Assembly (NCBI RefSeq): GCF_001194135.2
Contig: NC_068990.1
Location: forward strand, 61,443,252-61,507,251
DNA from: Octopus bimaculoides
Lineage: Eukaryota
Direction: 5' to 3'
Length of the DNA: 64,000 nucleotides
Shown here: piece by piece, positions 26,285 to 37,145 of the stretch
How the letters are laid out: each line of letters begins with the position of its first letter
How positions within the stretch are numbered: position 1 is the stretch's first letter
Notes under the pieces: generated by a model
Database searches by the model: none
Seen by the model: only the letters and a program-made list of their open reading frames with translations
What the model was told of the DNA's origin: nothing
Position numbers and translations under genes: made by a program

Positions 26285-26376
26285 CTCGCAGTACCATCTA
26301 CCTAGACTGAGATGTTAACATTTCGGAGCAGTTGTCTCCTCATCAGTCACAGACACTAAGCAGATGGCACTGCAAG
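26285..26376 (-). ncRNA. extended type I hammerhead ribozyme with an intact catalytic core
   Basis: Minus strand: GCAGUGCCAUCUGCUUAG ugucug UGA CUGAUGA GGAG acaacug CUCC GAA AUG uuaa CAU C^ UCA gu CUAGGUAGAUGGUACUGC. All core nucleotides are present. Stem II is 4 bp, stem III 3-4 bp, stem I is 3 bp + internal loop + 18-21 bp. The AUC cleavage site lies between 26311 and 26310. Confidence 0.9.
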
Positions 26377-26612
26377 TAGAATTAAGAGATTACCTCTCTT
26401 ATGCTTTTCCAGTCACCGTACGATGACTGGCAGTGCTATATGGTGGCTCACTGTCAGTAAATTACGGAGGGTGAGAGCTAAGCAGTAATAAGTGAAATTA
26501 CATTGTTATCATCAATTCAAATATGCCTGATGCATGTTCGAACTGGAGAACAAGCTACTCACATTTTGTCATGGAGAAAAGCATAAGAGAGGTAAGCTCT
26601 TAATTCAGCTCA

Positions 26613-26698
26613 CAGTGCCATCTGCTTAGTGTCTGTGACCAATAAGGAGACAATTACTCTGAAATGTTAACATCTCACAGTTTAGGTAGATGGTGCTG
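26613..26698 (+). pseudogene. inactivated inverted copy of the same hammerhead
   Basis: Same stems, but the core CTGATGA reads CCAATAA (26639-26645) and stem II is GGAG/CTCT. Confidence 0.85.
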
Positions 26699-26934
26699 CA
26701 AGCTGATCTAGGTGCATGCATGCCATTCGTCAACAAGTGAGGTATATTCTCTGTGACAAAATTCAGCGAGCAGCTTGTTCTCTAGTCAAACCATTCATCA
26801 AGCATGCTTGGACTGATAATAACATTGCATAAGAACTGGATACCACAAAATAACAAACAGGAAGCCATCAACTCCGTGTTTGTTAGAGCTTGTGTTTGGT
26901 GCAATCTTTATATTTCTATAGAACCTATTGTATG

Positions 26935-26973
<39 letters not shown>

Positions 26974-27022
26974 TCACATGCACACACATTCACACACACA
27001 CATATACACAAATATATATTAT

Positions 27023-27063
<41 letters not shown>

Positions 27064-28224
27064 AAAGGGCTTCTTTCAGTTTCTGTCTACCAAATCCAAT
27101 TACAGCACTTTGGTTTGCTCAGAGATATAGCAGAAGACACTTGCCCAAGGTACCATGCAGTAGAACTGAACCCAAAGTCATTTGGTTGGCCAGGAAACTT
27201 CTTAACACACAGCCATACCATACCTTATTTCATGAGAGTGATTGAACTTTCATCTTCTATATCACTTCTTCAACACAGAAAGAACCTATAACTTATTCAT
27301 GAGTATAACATGTGGCATTAGACTGAGATTTATATTTTCACCTTGACTGCAATAACCAAATGTTATTCCTGGAGACATAAGTTGATATTTTCTTCTTCGC
27401 CTTCAAACACCACTTTCATTCATTCATTCATTTTTTTTTTACTGTTTTACTGCCATTTTTTAATATTCTATGATAAATATTTTTTTAGATATTTTGTTAT
27501 TTGGTATTTTCTGTTTCATAAACGTACTATCTATGTATACCATATTTCCTTGACATACAAGCCAATGTAGTATATAGTGTAGACATTCAAATATTGCTGC
27601 AATCTTTCCAAATCGTGTTACATTTCACATGGGATTTTCAGTCCTCCAAACTTGTCTTGGTAAATACGACAACCAAGAATTTTGACTGTAAATTTTGGTC
27701 TGAAAAATTTGAATTGCATTTCAGAAAATACAGTATCATCATCATCGTCGTCATCGTCATCGTCATCATCATCATCATCACCATTTAACATTCATTTTCC
27801 ATGTTGGCATGGGTTGGATGGCTTGACAGGAACTGGCAAGGCCAGGGACCACACCGGGTGCCATAGTCTGCTTTGGCTGGGTTTCTATGGCTGGAAGCCT
27901 GCCCTTCCTAACACCAGTTGTTGTAACAATTTTATTTCATATAGGTTATGAGGCATGTGAAATTTAAACTTCATCATCTTATTATATAACAAGCAAATCA
28001 TGAACTTTTAGAAGAAATAACAAACACAGACAGACTTCACACCATCACCACCACCACCACCACCACCATCATGTCACATCTATTTTTCCAATGAATGATA
28101 CACAGTCAAGGATGTTCTTTATTCCTGTCAAAGAAAACTGCTTCAGTGCCTCCATAATGGTTATGACAAATGTATGATACACACATAAGCAAAGAATGGC
28201 AATTTTTCTCTGTTGAGTACATAC

Positions 28225-28703
28225 TAGGGTTCTCAACCATGATCCATATGACCCTTAGGGTCCATGGAAGATTTTGTTGTCAAAATTTATGAGCATTAAA
28301 TTGCAATTACAGTTAAGCTCACCATCTTCAGTTTATCACAGGAGAGATTACCCCCATCAATTTGCCATGAAGAAAGTTCACTGCGAGGAAAGTCCACCGC
28401 GAGGAAAGTTTACCAAGAAAATATATCCATAGTATCTCACCATTAATAATTAAAAACTATTTTATTGAAAAAAAAAAAAAAACCTTGTGAATTGATGATG
28501 GTGAACTTTCCCTGTGGTGAATCCATGACGAAACTGCTTATACTTCTATAAAACACAAAATATTTTAATAATTTTTTTGATACAATTCCTAATAATATTT
28601 AATTATAAAAAAGAGGAAAAGAGCAAATGGCTTTGAGAGTTCATTCAAGTAAAACAGGAATCAAAGGGGTCCTTGAGTAGAAGAAAATGGTTGAGGAACA
28701 CTA
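28225..28703. mobile_element. hAT-like MITE carrying a nested repeat (28310-28525, also present inverted at 37300-37520)
   Basis: Ends TAGGGTTCTCAACC / GGTTGAGGAACACTA. No clean 8-bp TSD. The nested part has repeated GTGAACTTTCC-type motifs. Confidence 0.5.
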
Positions 28704-29249
28704 ATTACAGAAAGAGAGAGAGAGGGACAGTGTGCTACAGAGAAACTTGACCAACCTATAACAAGCATGGAAAAATAGATGTGATATAATGATAATGATA
28801 ATGATGGTGGTGGTGGTGGTGATGGTAGTGATGGTGACAGTGATGGTAGTGGTGGTGGCAGTGGCAGTTGTCGTGGTGATGATGATGGTGGTGGTGGTGG
28901 TGGTGGTGGCAGCAGTGGCAGCGGCAGTGACGATAGTGACAATGATGATGACAACAATGATGCCAGTGCCCATGCTGGAGGCACTAGCAGCAATGCTGGA
29001 CAATGGTGGTTAGAATAAACTCGTTTGGGAAAGAAAATGCTATTAGCTAGACATAGCTTAAAATATTCTTAGAGTGATAAAACCCACTTTTGCTGCCACT
29101 TGCTTGCTGCGTCTAAGCTCTACTGATTTGTGGAGATAAAATGAATTCATAGCTCCTATCTCAGTTACAAGCTTGGAACCCTGATAATCCGTTACAGCAT
29201 TTAACCAGTGTACCTATTCATTTAGATCACCAGTGTACTAAAACTCCAT

Positions 29250-29315
<66 letters not shown>

Positions 29316-29317
29316 TA

Positions 29318-29643
29318 GATGTACTTGCATAGCAAGTGACCTGATCTGAGACTGTGTGCTGAAACAAAAGCAATTGCAGCATGGAAGGTGCTTATAAGCC
29401 ATTTAAAAACACAAAAAAAACAGTTAGATTCACTTCAACATTTAAATTTAATTTGCCAAAATATTTTCTTCACTTAGAGACCGCGACCTGTTCACTGACA
29501 AGGAATTTTTTCAGTGAACAGGTCGCAATCTTAAAGCAATGAAAATATTTTGGTAAATTAAATTTAAACGTTGAAATGAACCTAACAGTTTTTGTGTGTT
29601 TTTAAATGGCTTATAAACACTTTCCATGCTGCAATTGTGTTTG
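29318..29643. mobile_element. fold-back palindromic element; right end truncated by an RTE tail
   Basis: Arms pair across 29371-29637 with a centre near 29504. A right-half-only copy at 36145-36333 supplies the missing end. Both copies abut (TA)n. Confidence 0.8.
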
Positions 29644-29649
29644 TATAGG

Positions 29650-31809
29650 TCGTCGTCGTCGTTGTCGTTTAACGTCCGCTTTCCATGTTAGCATGGGTTG
29701 GACGATTTGACTGAGGACTGGTGAAACTAGATGGTTACACCAGTCTCCAATCTGATTTGGCATAGTTTCTACAGCTGGATGCCCTTCCTAACGCCAACCA
29801 CTCAGAGAGTGTAGTGGGTGCTTTTACGTNNNNNNNNNNNNNNNNNNNNNNNNNNNNNNNNNNNNNNNNNNNNNNNNNNNNNNNNNNNNNNNNNNNNNNN
29901 NNNNNNNNNNNNNNNNNNNNNNNNNNNNNNNNNNNNNNNNNNNNNNNNNNNNNNNNNNNNNNNNNNNNNNNNNNNNNNNNNNNNNNNNNNNNNNNNNNNN
30001 NNNNNNNNNNNNNNNNNNNNNNNNNNNNNNNNNNNNNNNNNNNNNNNNNNNNNNNNNNNNNNNNNNNNNNNNNNNNNNNNNNNNNNNNNNNNNNNNNNNN
30101 NNNNNNNNNNNNNNNNNNNNNNNNNNNNNNNNNNNNNNNNNNNNNNNNNNNNNNNNNNNNNNNNNNNNNNNNNNNNNNNNNNNNNNNNNNNNNNNNNNNN
30201 NNNNNNNNNNNNNNNNNNNNNNNNNNNNNNNNNNCTGGCAACGGTCCCGCTCGAAAGATTTCATGTGTTGCCCGCACATGGGCCAGTCCAGGAGCACTGG
30301 CAACGATCTCGCTCGAAAATCCTACGACGGCCCCGCACAATAGCCAGTTCAGGGGCACGGCAACGATCTATTTCTATTACACTTGCCTCAACAGGTCTTC
30401 GCAAGTGGGGTTTAGTGTCCAATTTTAATTTAACTCGATTTCGATTTCACTTGCCTCAACAGGCCTACGCAGTGGAGTTTAGTGTCCAACTTAACTTGAT
30501 TTCGATTTCACTTGTCTCAACAGGTCTTCACAAGTTGAATTTAGTGTCCAATGAAGGAAGGAAGGTATGCATAACTGGACTGGCTGGGTCTTAGCTTGGC
30601 TTGCCGGGTCTTCTCGCGCACAGTATATTTCCAAAGGTCTCGGTCAGAAGTCATCGCCTCGGTGAGGCCCAATGTTCGAAGGTCGTGCCTTACCACCTCA
30701 TCCCAGGTCTTCCTGGGCCTACCTCTTCCACAGGTTCCCTCAACTGCTAAGGTGTGGCACTTTTTCACACAGCTATCATCATCCATTTTCGCTACATGAC
30801 CATACCAGCGCAGTTGTCTCTCTTGCACTCTACAACTGATGCTTCGTAAGTTCAACTTTTCTCTCAAGGTACTGATACTCTGTCTAGTATGCACACTGAC
30901 ATTACACATCCATCGGAGCATTCCTTGCGAGCCTATGCATGTCCTCAGCAGTCACGGCCCATGTTTCACTGCCATGAAGCATGGCTGTTCGTACACATGC
31001 GTCATACAATCTGCCTTTTACTCTGAGAGAGAGACCCTTTGTCGCCAGCAGAGGTAAGAGCTCTCTGAACTTTGCCCAGGCTATTCTAATTCTAGCAGCT
31101 ACGCTTTCAGCGCACCCACNNNNNNNNNNNNNNNNNNNNNNNNNNNNNNNNNNNNNNNNNNNNNNNNNNNNNNNNNNNNNNNNNNNNNNNNNNNNNNNNN
31201 NNNNNNNNNNNNNNNNNNNNNNNNNNNNNNNNNNNNNNNNNNNNNNNNNNNNNNNNNNNNNNNNNNNNNNNNNNNNNNNNNNNNNNNNNNNNNNNNNNNN
31301 NNNNNNNNNNNNNNNNNNNNNNNNNNNNNNNNNNNNNNNNNNNNNNNNNNNNNNNNNNNNNNNNNNNNNNNNNNNNNNNNNNNNNNNNNNNNNNNNNNNN
31401 NNNNNNNNNNNNNNNNNNNNNNNNNNNNNNNNNNNNNNNNNNNNNNNNNNNNNNNNNNNNNNNNNNNNNNNNNNNNNNNNNNNNNNNNNNNNNNNNNNNN
31501 NNNNNNNNNNNATAAATAGGAGGGGGCTGAGGACAGAACCTTGGTGGACCCCTACCTCCACCCGGAATTCTTCACTGTACTCTCTGCCAATCCTCACCTT
31601 ACTGACAGAGTTTCTGTACATGGCTCGCACAGCTCTCACTAACCATTCTTCTATCCCTAGTTTCCTCATTGACCACCAGATGAGAGATCAGAGGACCCTG
31701 TCAAAGGCTTTCTCCATATCAACGAAAGCCAGGAACAGAGGTTTATCCTTGGCTAGGTATTTCTCCTGAAGCTGTCTTACCAGAAATATAGCATCAGTGG
31801 TGCTTTTCC

Positions 31810-31811
<2 letters not shown>
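29650..31811 (-). mobile_element. 5'-truncated RTE-clade LINE: RT domain, C-terminus and full 3' UTR
   Basis: GKSTTDAIFLVRQLQEKY...AFVDMEKAFDR, VGVHQGSVLSPLLF, RQLRWYGHV, VEGTCGRGRPRKTW. The 3' UTR runs into the dispersed AGGGCATCCAGC tail and (GAC)n. Confidence 0.95.
30375..30552. repeat. three ~60-70-bp tandem units inside the LINE 3' UTR
   Basis: TTCACTTG(C/T)CTCAACAGG...TTTAGTGTCCAA occurs three times and is absent from the copy at 45098-45405. Confidence 0.8.
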
Positions 31812-31854
<43 letters not shown>

Positions 31855-32224
31855 CAAATACCAGGGTTTGGCACTCTATTACTTTAGTCTCTCAACACCT
31901 GGCATAGAACAATTTCTCCCTTCTCCCCTTTTCCATTTAGTAGAGGAAGTTTTTTCCTTCTTCCTGTTCTTTTCTTTTTCTTGTCTTGCATTTTACTAGG
32001 CGACCTCAAATGTATACTCTGTTAAGTGGTTGGCATCAAACCATAGGAACCATGCCATAATTGACATTGGAGCTCAATGCAGCCCGATGTCTCACTGCAT
32101 CCTGTCAAACCATCCGAATCATGCTAGCATGGAAAATGAATGTTAAATGATGACAACAAAGACAATGAGAGGGAGAGAGAGAGAGGTTTATTCATTTGTG
32201 AAGATAGTGCTATATAATCAGTGT

Positions 32225-32602
32225 GGAGGTGCAATGGCCCAGTGGTTAGGGCAGCAGACTCACAGCCGTGGGATTGCAGTTTCAATTCCCAGACCAGGCG
32301 TTGTGAGTGTTTATTGAGCAAAAACACCTAAAGCTCCACAAGGCTCAGGCAGGGTGTGCTTGCAAGCCTTGCTGTACTCTCTTACCACAAGTTTCTCTCA
32401 CTCTTACTTCCTGTTTCTGTTGTACCTGTATTTCAAAGGATCAGCCTTGTCATACACTGTGTCATGCTGAATCTTCCCAAGAACTACGTTAAGGGTACAC
32501 GTGTTTGTGGAGTGCTCAGTCACTTGCACGTTGATTTCATGAGCAGGCTGTTCCATTGATCAGATCAACTGGAACCCTCATCGTTGTAACCAACGGAGTG
32601 CC
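32225..32602 (+). mobile_element. SINE family D (tRNA-derived), full length
   Basis: A box TGGCCCAGTGG, B-box-like GTTTCAATTCC, and a 3' part shared with 12941-13085. Confidence 0.82.
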
Positions 32603-33699
32603 ACAATATAATCAGTGAACAAATTAAGTTATTTTTTCTTTACTCACTCATTGTGCTAGTAAAACCATGTATGTGTATATGTATGTACATATACATGTGT
32701 GTTTGATCTGAATGTTTTCTCTATGTATCTTAAGACTTGGATATATATAATGNNNNNNNNNNNNNNNNNNNNNNNNNNNNNNNNNNNNNNNNNNNNNNNN
32801 NNNNNNNNNNNNNNNNNNNNNNNNNNNNNNNNNNNNNNNNNNNNNNNNNNNNNNNNNNNNNNNNNNNNNNNNNNNNNNNNNNNNNNNNNNNNNNNNNNNN
32901 NNNNNNNNNNNNNNNNNNNNNNNNNNNNNNNNNNNNNNNNNNNNNNNNNNNNNNNNNNNNNNNNNNNNNNNNNNNNNNNNNNNNNNNNNNNNNNNNNNNN
33001 NNNNNNNNNNNNNNNNNNNNNNNNNNNNNNNNNNNNNNNNNNNNNNNNNNNNNNNNNNNNNNNNNNNNNNNNNNNNNNNNNNNNNNNNNNNNNNNNNNNN
33101 NNNNNNNNNNNNNNNNNNNNNNNNNNNNNNNNNNNNNNNNNNNNNNNNNNNNNNNNNNNNNNNNNNNNNNNNNNNNNNNNNNNNNNNNNNNNNNNNNNNN
33201 NNNNNNNNNNNNNNNNNNNNNNNNNNNNNNNNNNNNNNNNNNNNNNNNNNNNNNNNNNNNNNNNNNNNNNNNNNNNNNNNNNNNNNNNNNNNNNNNNNNN
33301 NNNNNNNNNNNNNNNNCAAGTAAAAATAAATACAAAAAACGGTTTTTTTTTGTATGATTGTGTATAGAGGAATATATTATTTTGTTTAAAAGAGTTCCAA
33401 CACTGTCTGTTTTTTATGTTTTATTTATATTCCTGCAGAACCAATGTGGGATATAGAATATGGAATATACAATATATAATATAATATACAATATATAATA
33501 TAAAATAAAATAAAATAAAAATAGATGGCACTATGAAATAAAGAATTGAATGTAGATGAAATATTGAGTGTTCAATATAAAGGATCAAATATATAAATAT
33601 ATAAAGGCGACTCGAGTTTCAGGGTTATTTCCCTTTGTCATGGCCGGTATGACAGACTCAAGAAGACCTCCCCAACACAATAGAATTGGTATCCTAATA

Positions 33700-34080
33700 C
33701 CAAAGTGCCATGTAAAAAAGCATTGGTGTTGGTGTTGGTGCCACATAAGTATTGCCGGTCATGGTGCCATGTAAAAGGCACTGATGCTGGTGCCTCGTAA
33801 AACGTACTGGTGATTGTGCTACGTAAAAAAGTACTGGTGATGGAGCCACTTGAAAAGCACTGGTGATGGTGCCACATAAGAAGCACCCAGCATAATCTGG
33901 AAAGAGGTTTGTATTAGTAAGGGCATCCAGCTGTAGAAACCAAGCCAAAACAGACTATGGAAGCTGGTGCAGCCCCTGGCCTTGCCATTTCATGTCAAGC
34001 TGTCCAACCAATGTCAGCATGGAAAACAGACATTAAATGATGATGAGGATGAAGGTGGTGGTGGTGGTGGTGGTGGTGGT
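33700..34080 (+). mobile_element. RTE tail copy with an expanded array of GGTGCCACGTAAAAAGCAC units
   Basis: About 7 degenerate ~25-30-bp units precede AAGGGCATCCAGCTGTAGAAAC. Further tail copies at ~1340-1520, 8466-8555, 15140-15280, 27780-27920, 32040-32160, 34310-34495, 38275-38510, 43140-43240, 44815-44975 and 56960-57323. Confidence 0.8.
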
Positions 34081-34447
34081 GATGATATACACGTGTGTGT
34101 TTGTGTGTGTATGAATGTGTGCATGAATATATACATGTAACAGGTTACCATGTAATTTTTATCAACTTTCTCACTGGTTAATTCATGGCTAAAATAAAAG
34201 AAATCATTTTTGCCCGCAGTGTCATACTGTGGGTTCGATCAAAATCTGGAACAAACAGTATGATCACATGACTAACTTCTTCATTGCAGGACCACTCAAC
34301 TGATCAGAGGTACAGTGGATGCTGTTAGGAAGGGCATCCAACCATAGAAATCAAAAACCAAATCAGACTGGAACCTGGTGTGGCGCTCCAGCTTGTCAGC
34401 TCTGGTCAAACCATCCAACCCATGCCAGCATAGAAAATGGACATTAA

Positions 34448-34495
<48 letters not shown>

Positions 34496-35022
34496 TTGAT
34501 GAACCAACTATGCATAAATTTATATTCTCATACTTCATCTGTTGAAACATTTTACCCTTTCATCTTTCTAGACATACATGTGTGCTCCTTAAGTTCTATA
34601 GTCTTGTTCTATAATGATCAGAGCCAAGGCCATGATGGAGCACTTTATAATGTGGCCGCAACTCCTACACAACACACACACATGTAAATACGGATAACAC
34701 GGAAATAGACATCTTGTCTCTTTGCCACAAGTGTTATTGGGAGAGGTAAAAAATAAACTGTCTAACCTTAAATATAAAATCAATACATTAAATTTGAAAT
34801 TAATCAAAAAGTTGAAAAATATTTTGCATCATTTTTCTTGAATCTGAAGAATTATGTACGTAAAAAAAAAAAATGAAATTTGAAAATTATATGTGTATTT
34901 ATGAAGTTATGTCTGTATATGTGTGTGTGATGTGTATGTGTGTAGTGTGGATATGATGTAGATGTATTTATGCGTATATGTATGTATGCATGATTATGCA
35001 TATATATATATGTGTGAGTCTG

Positions 35023-35057
<35 letters not shown>

Positions 35058-36624
35058 ATANNNNNNNNNNNNNNNNNNNNNNNNNNNNNNNNNNNNNNNN
35101 NNNNNNNNNNNNNNNNNNNNNNNNNNNNNNNNNNNNNNNNNNNNNNNNNNNNNNNNNNNNNNNNNNNNNNNNNNNNNNNNNNNNNNNNNNNNNNNNNNNN
35201 NNNNNNNNNNNNNNNNNNNNNNNNNNNNNNNNNNNNNNNNNNNNNNNNNNNNNNNNNNNNNNNNNNNNNNNNNNNNNNNNNNNNNNNNNNNNNNNNNNNN
35301 NNNNNNNNNNNNNNNNNNNNNNNNNNNNNNNNNNNNNNNNNNNNNNNNNNNNNNNNNNNNNNNNNNNNNNNNNNNNNNNNNNNNNNNNNNNNNNNNNNNN
35401 NNNNNNNNNNNNNNNNNNNNNNNNNNNNNNNNNNNNNNNNNNNTGTGTGTGTGCATGTGTGTGTGTGTTAGTGTCTCCATATGTACGCATGTGATTTGAT
35501 AATCTCATATTACTAAAATGAAATACAAAACTATGAAAATATTTTACAATTTTGCAATATAAGTCTAAAGTTACTGAAAATTCCAGTTGACTGAAATGTC
35601 ATGCAGACACATTAATACAGATCTGCCAATTCAATTGAACGATCCAGTTGTTTTCCTAGTTCTTATTCGAAGGGCTTTTCACTTCTCTCATTTAAAAGAC
35701 TTTTTCTTTTTTTTTTTTTTTTCCACGTTCATAAATTTATAATTTCAGATAGTTTCATAAACTAAATCTTATTTTCACTTCTTTTATATTATTAACATTT
35801 TTCATGCTGGCGTAAGTTGCTTAGATATGTGCAAATTCTGCACTTTTATATATGTTCTTCAAAGACTGGCCTCATAAAGTTAGTTTGACAAATGTATGAA
35901 AGCATCAAGATTCCACTGTTCTTTTATTGGTTTCAGTCACTGGACTGAGGTCATACTGTAGCACCACTCTTAAAAGATTTTATCAGGCATAGAATTGTAG
36001 ATATTTTAGCTATGATATTTATTCTATCCACCCCTAATAAGTGAATCATTAAGATACCCACTGGAGTTAAGCAACCCAACTTGATGCACTGTTGTAGAGC
36101 AATATACACAAGGATATATAATATATGTATAGTGATGCAGCACAGAATTTTGTCAGTGAACAGGTCGCGGTCTCAAAGCAACGAAAATATTTTGACAAAT
36201 TAAATTTAGATTTGAAGTGAATCTAACGGTTTTTGTGTGTTATTTTAAATGGTTTATAAACACCTTCCACGCTGCAATTGTTTTCGTTCCAGCACACGAT
36301 CTCAGATCAGGTCACTTGCTATGCAAGTACATCTCCACAATATATATATATATATATATATTTACATATTGCTGCTATTATAGAAAATGTTCTAAGTCCA
36401 AAATGTTGCTTTTTCAGAAAACGAAAACATAATTCCACCATTCCATAGCAAAACTGTTGTTCTACACTTTGACAATTTCTAATATCTTGGTATCTGAAGC
36501 AGTTGGAGATATGAGAGTCTGACCAAAAGAACCAGCTATTGGAAGTAAAAATAAATATTGAAAAAAACACATTTGGCCAAATTTGGACATACAACAGTTT
36601 AACATAATAGTAATAATGCGCGCG

Positions 36625-36673
<49 letters not shown>

Positions 36674-37113
36674 NNNNNNNNNNNNNNNNNNNNNNNNNNN
36701 NNNNNNNNNNNNNNNNNNNNNNNNNNNNNNNNNNNNNNNNNNNNNNNNNNNNNNNNNNNNNNNNNNNNNNNNNNNNNNNNNNNNNNNNNNNNNNNNNNNN
36801 NNNNNNNNNNNNNNNNNNNNNNNNNNNNNNNNNNNNNNNNNNNNNNNNNNNNNNNNNNNNNNNNNNNNNNNNNNNNNNNNNNNNNNNNNNNNNNNNNNNN
36901 NNNNNNNNNNNNNNNNNNNNNNNNNNNNNNNNNNNNNNNNNNNNNNNNNNNNNNNNNNNNNNNNNNNNNNNNNNNNNNNNNNNNNNNNNNNNNNNNNNNN
37001 NNNNNNNNNNNNNNNNNNNNNNNNNNNNNNNNNNNNNNNNNNNNNNNNNNNNNNNNNNNNNNNNNNNNNNNNNNNNNNNNNNNNNNNNNNNNNNNNNNNN
37101 NNNNNNNNNNNNN

Positions 37114-37145
<32 letters not shown>

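Larger units (their letters stand above)
26136..26788. mobile_element. hammerhead-bearing non-autonomous retroelement (retrozyme / Penelope pLTR-like): partial direct repeat plus inverted copy
   Basis: 26136-26240 is repeated at 26477-26578 (period 341). 26198-26409 recurs inverted at 26578-26788. Both orientations contain the hammerhead segment. Confidence 0.8.

Noticed and set aside
28785-29015. Gly/Asp/Ser-rich open frame in a mixed triplet repeat
   Set aside because: It is cryptically simple RNY-type repeat DNA with no splice or start context.
29709-29735. CTGAGGA-CTGGT-GAAAC in the RTE tail, resembling a hammerhead core
   Set aside because: No stem II pairing and no stem I/III around it. 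Other copies read GCAACC or GGACC at the GAAA position.
30375-30552. CTGTTGA-GGCAAGT-GAAA-TC repeated three times on the minus strand in the LINE UTR
   Set aside because: The core is mutated and stems I and II cannot be formed convincingly, so it is treated as a tandem repeat only.
33700-33890. Regularly spaced short repeats resembling a CRISPR array
   Set aside because: The context is eukaryotic, the units are degenerate with no unique spacers, there are no cas genes, and the array is part of a LINE tail.
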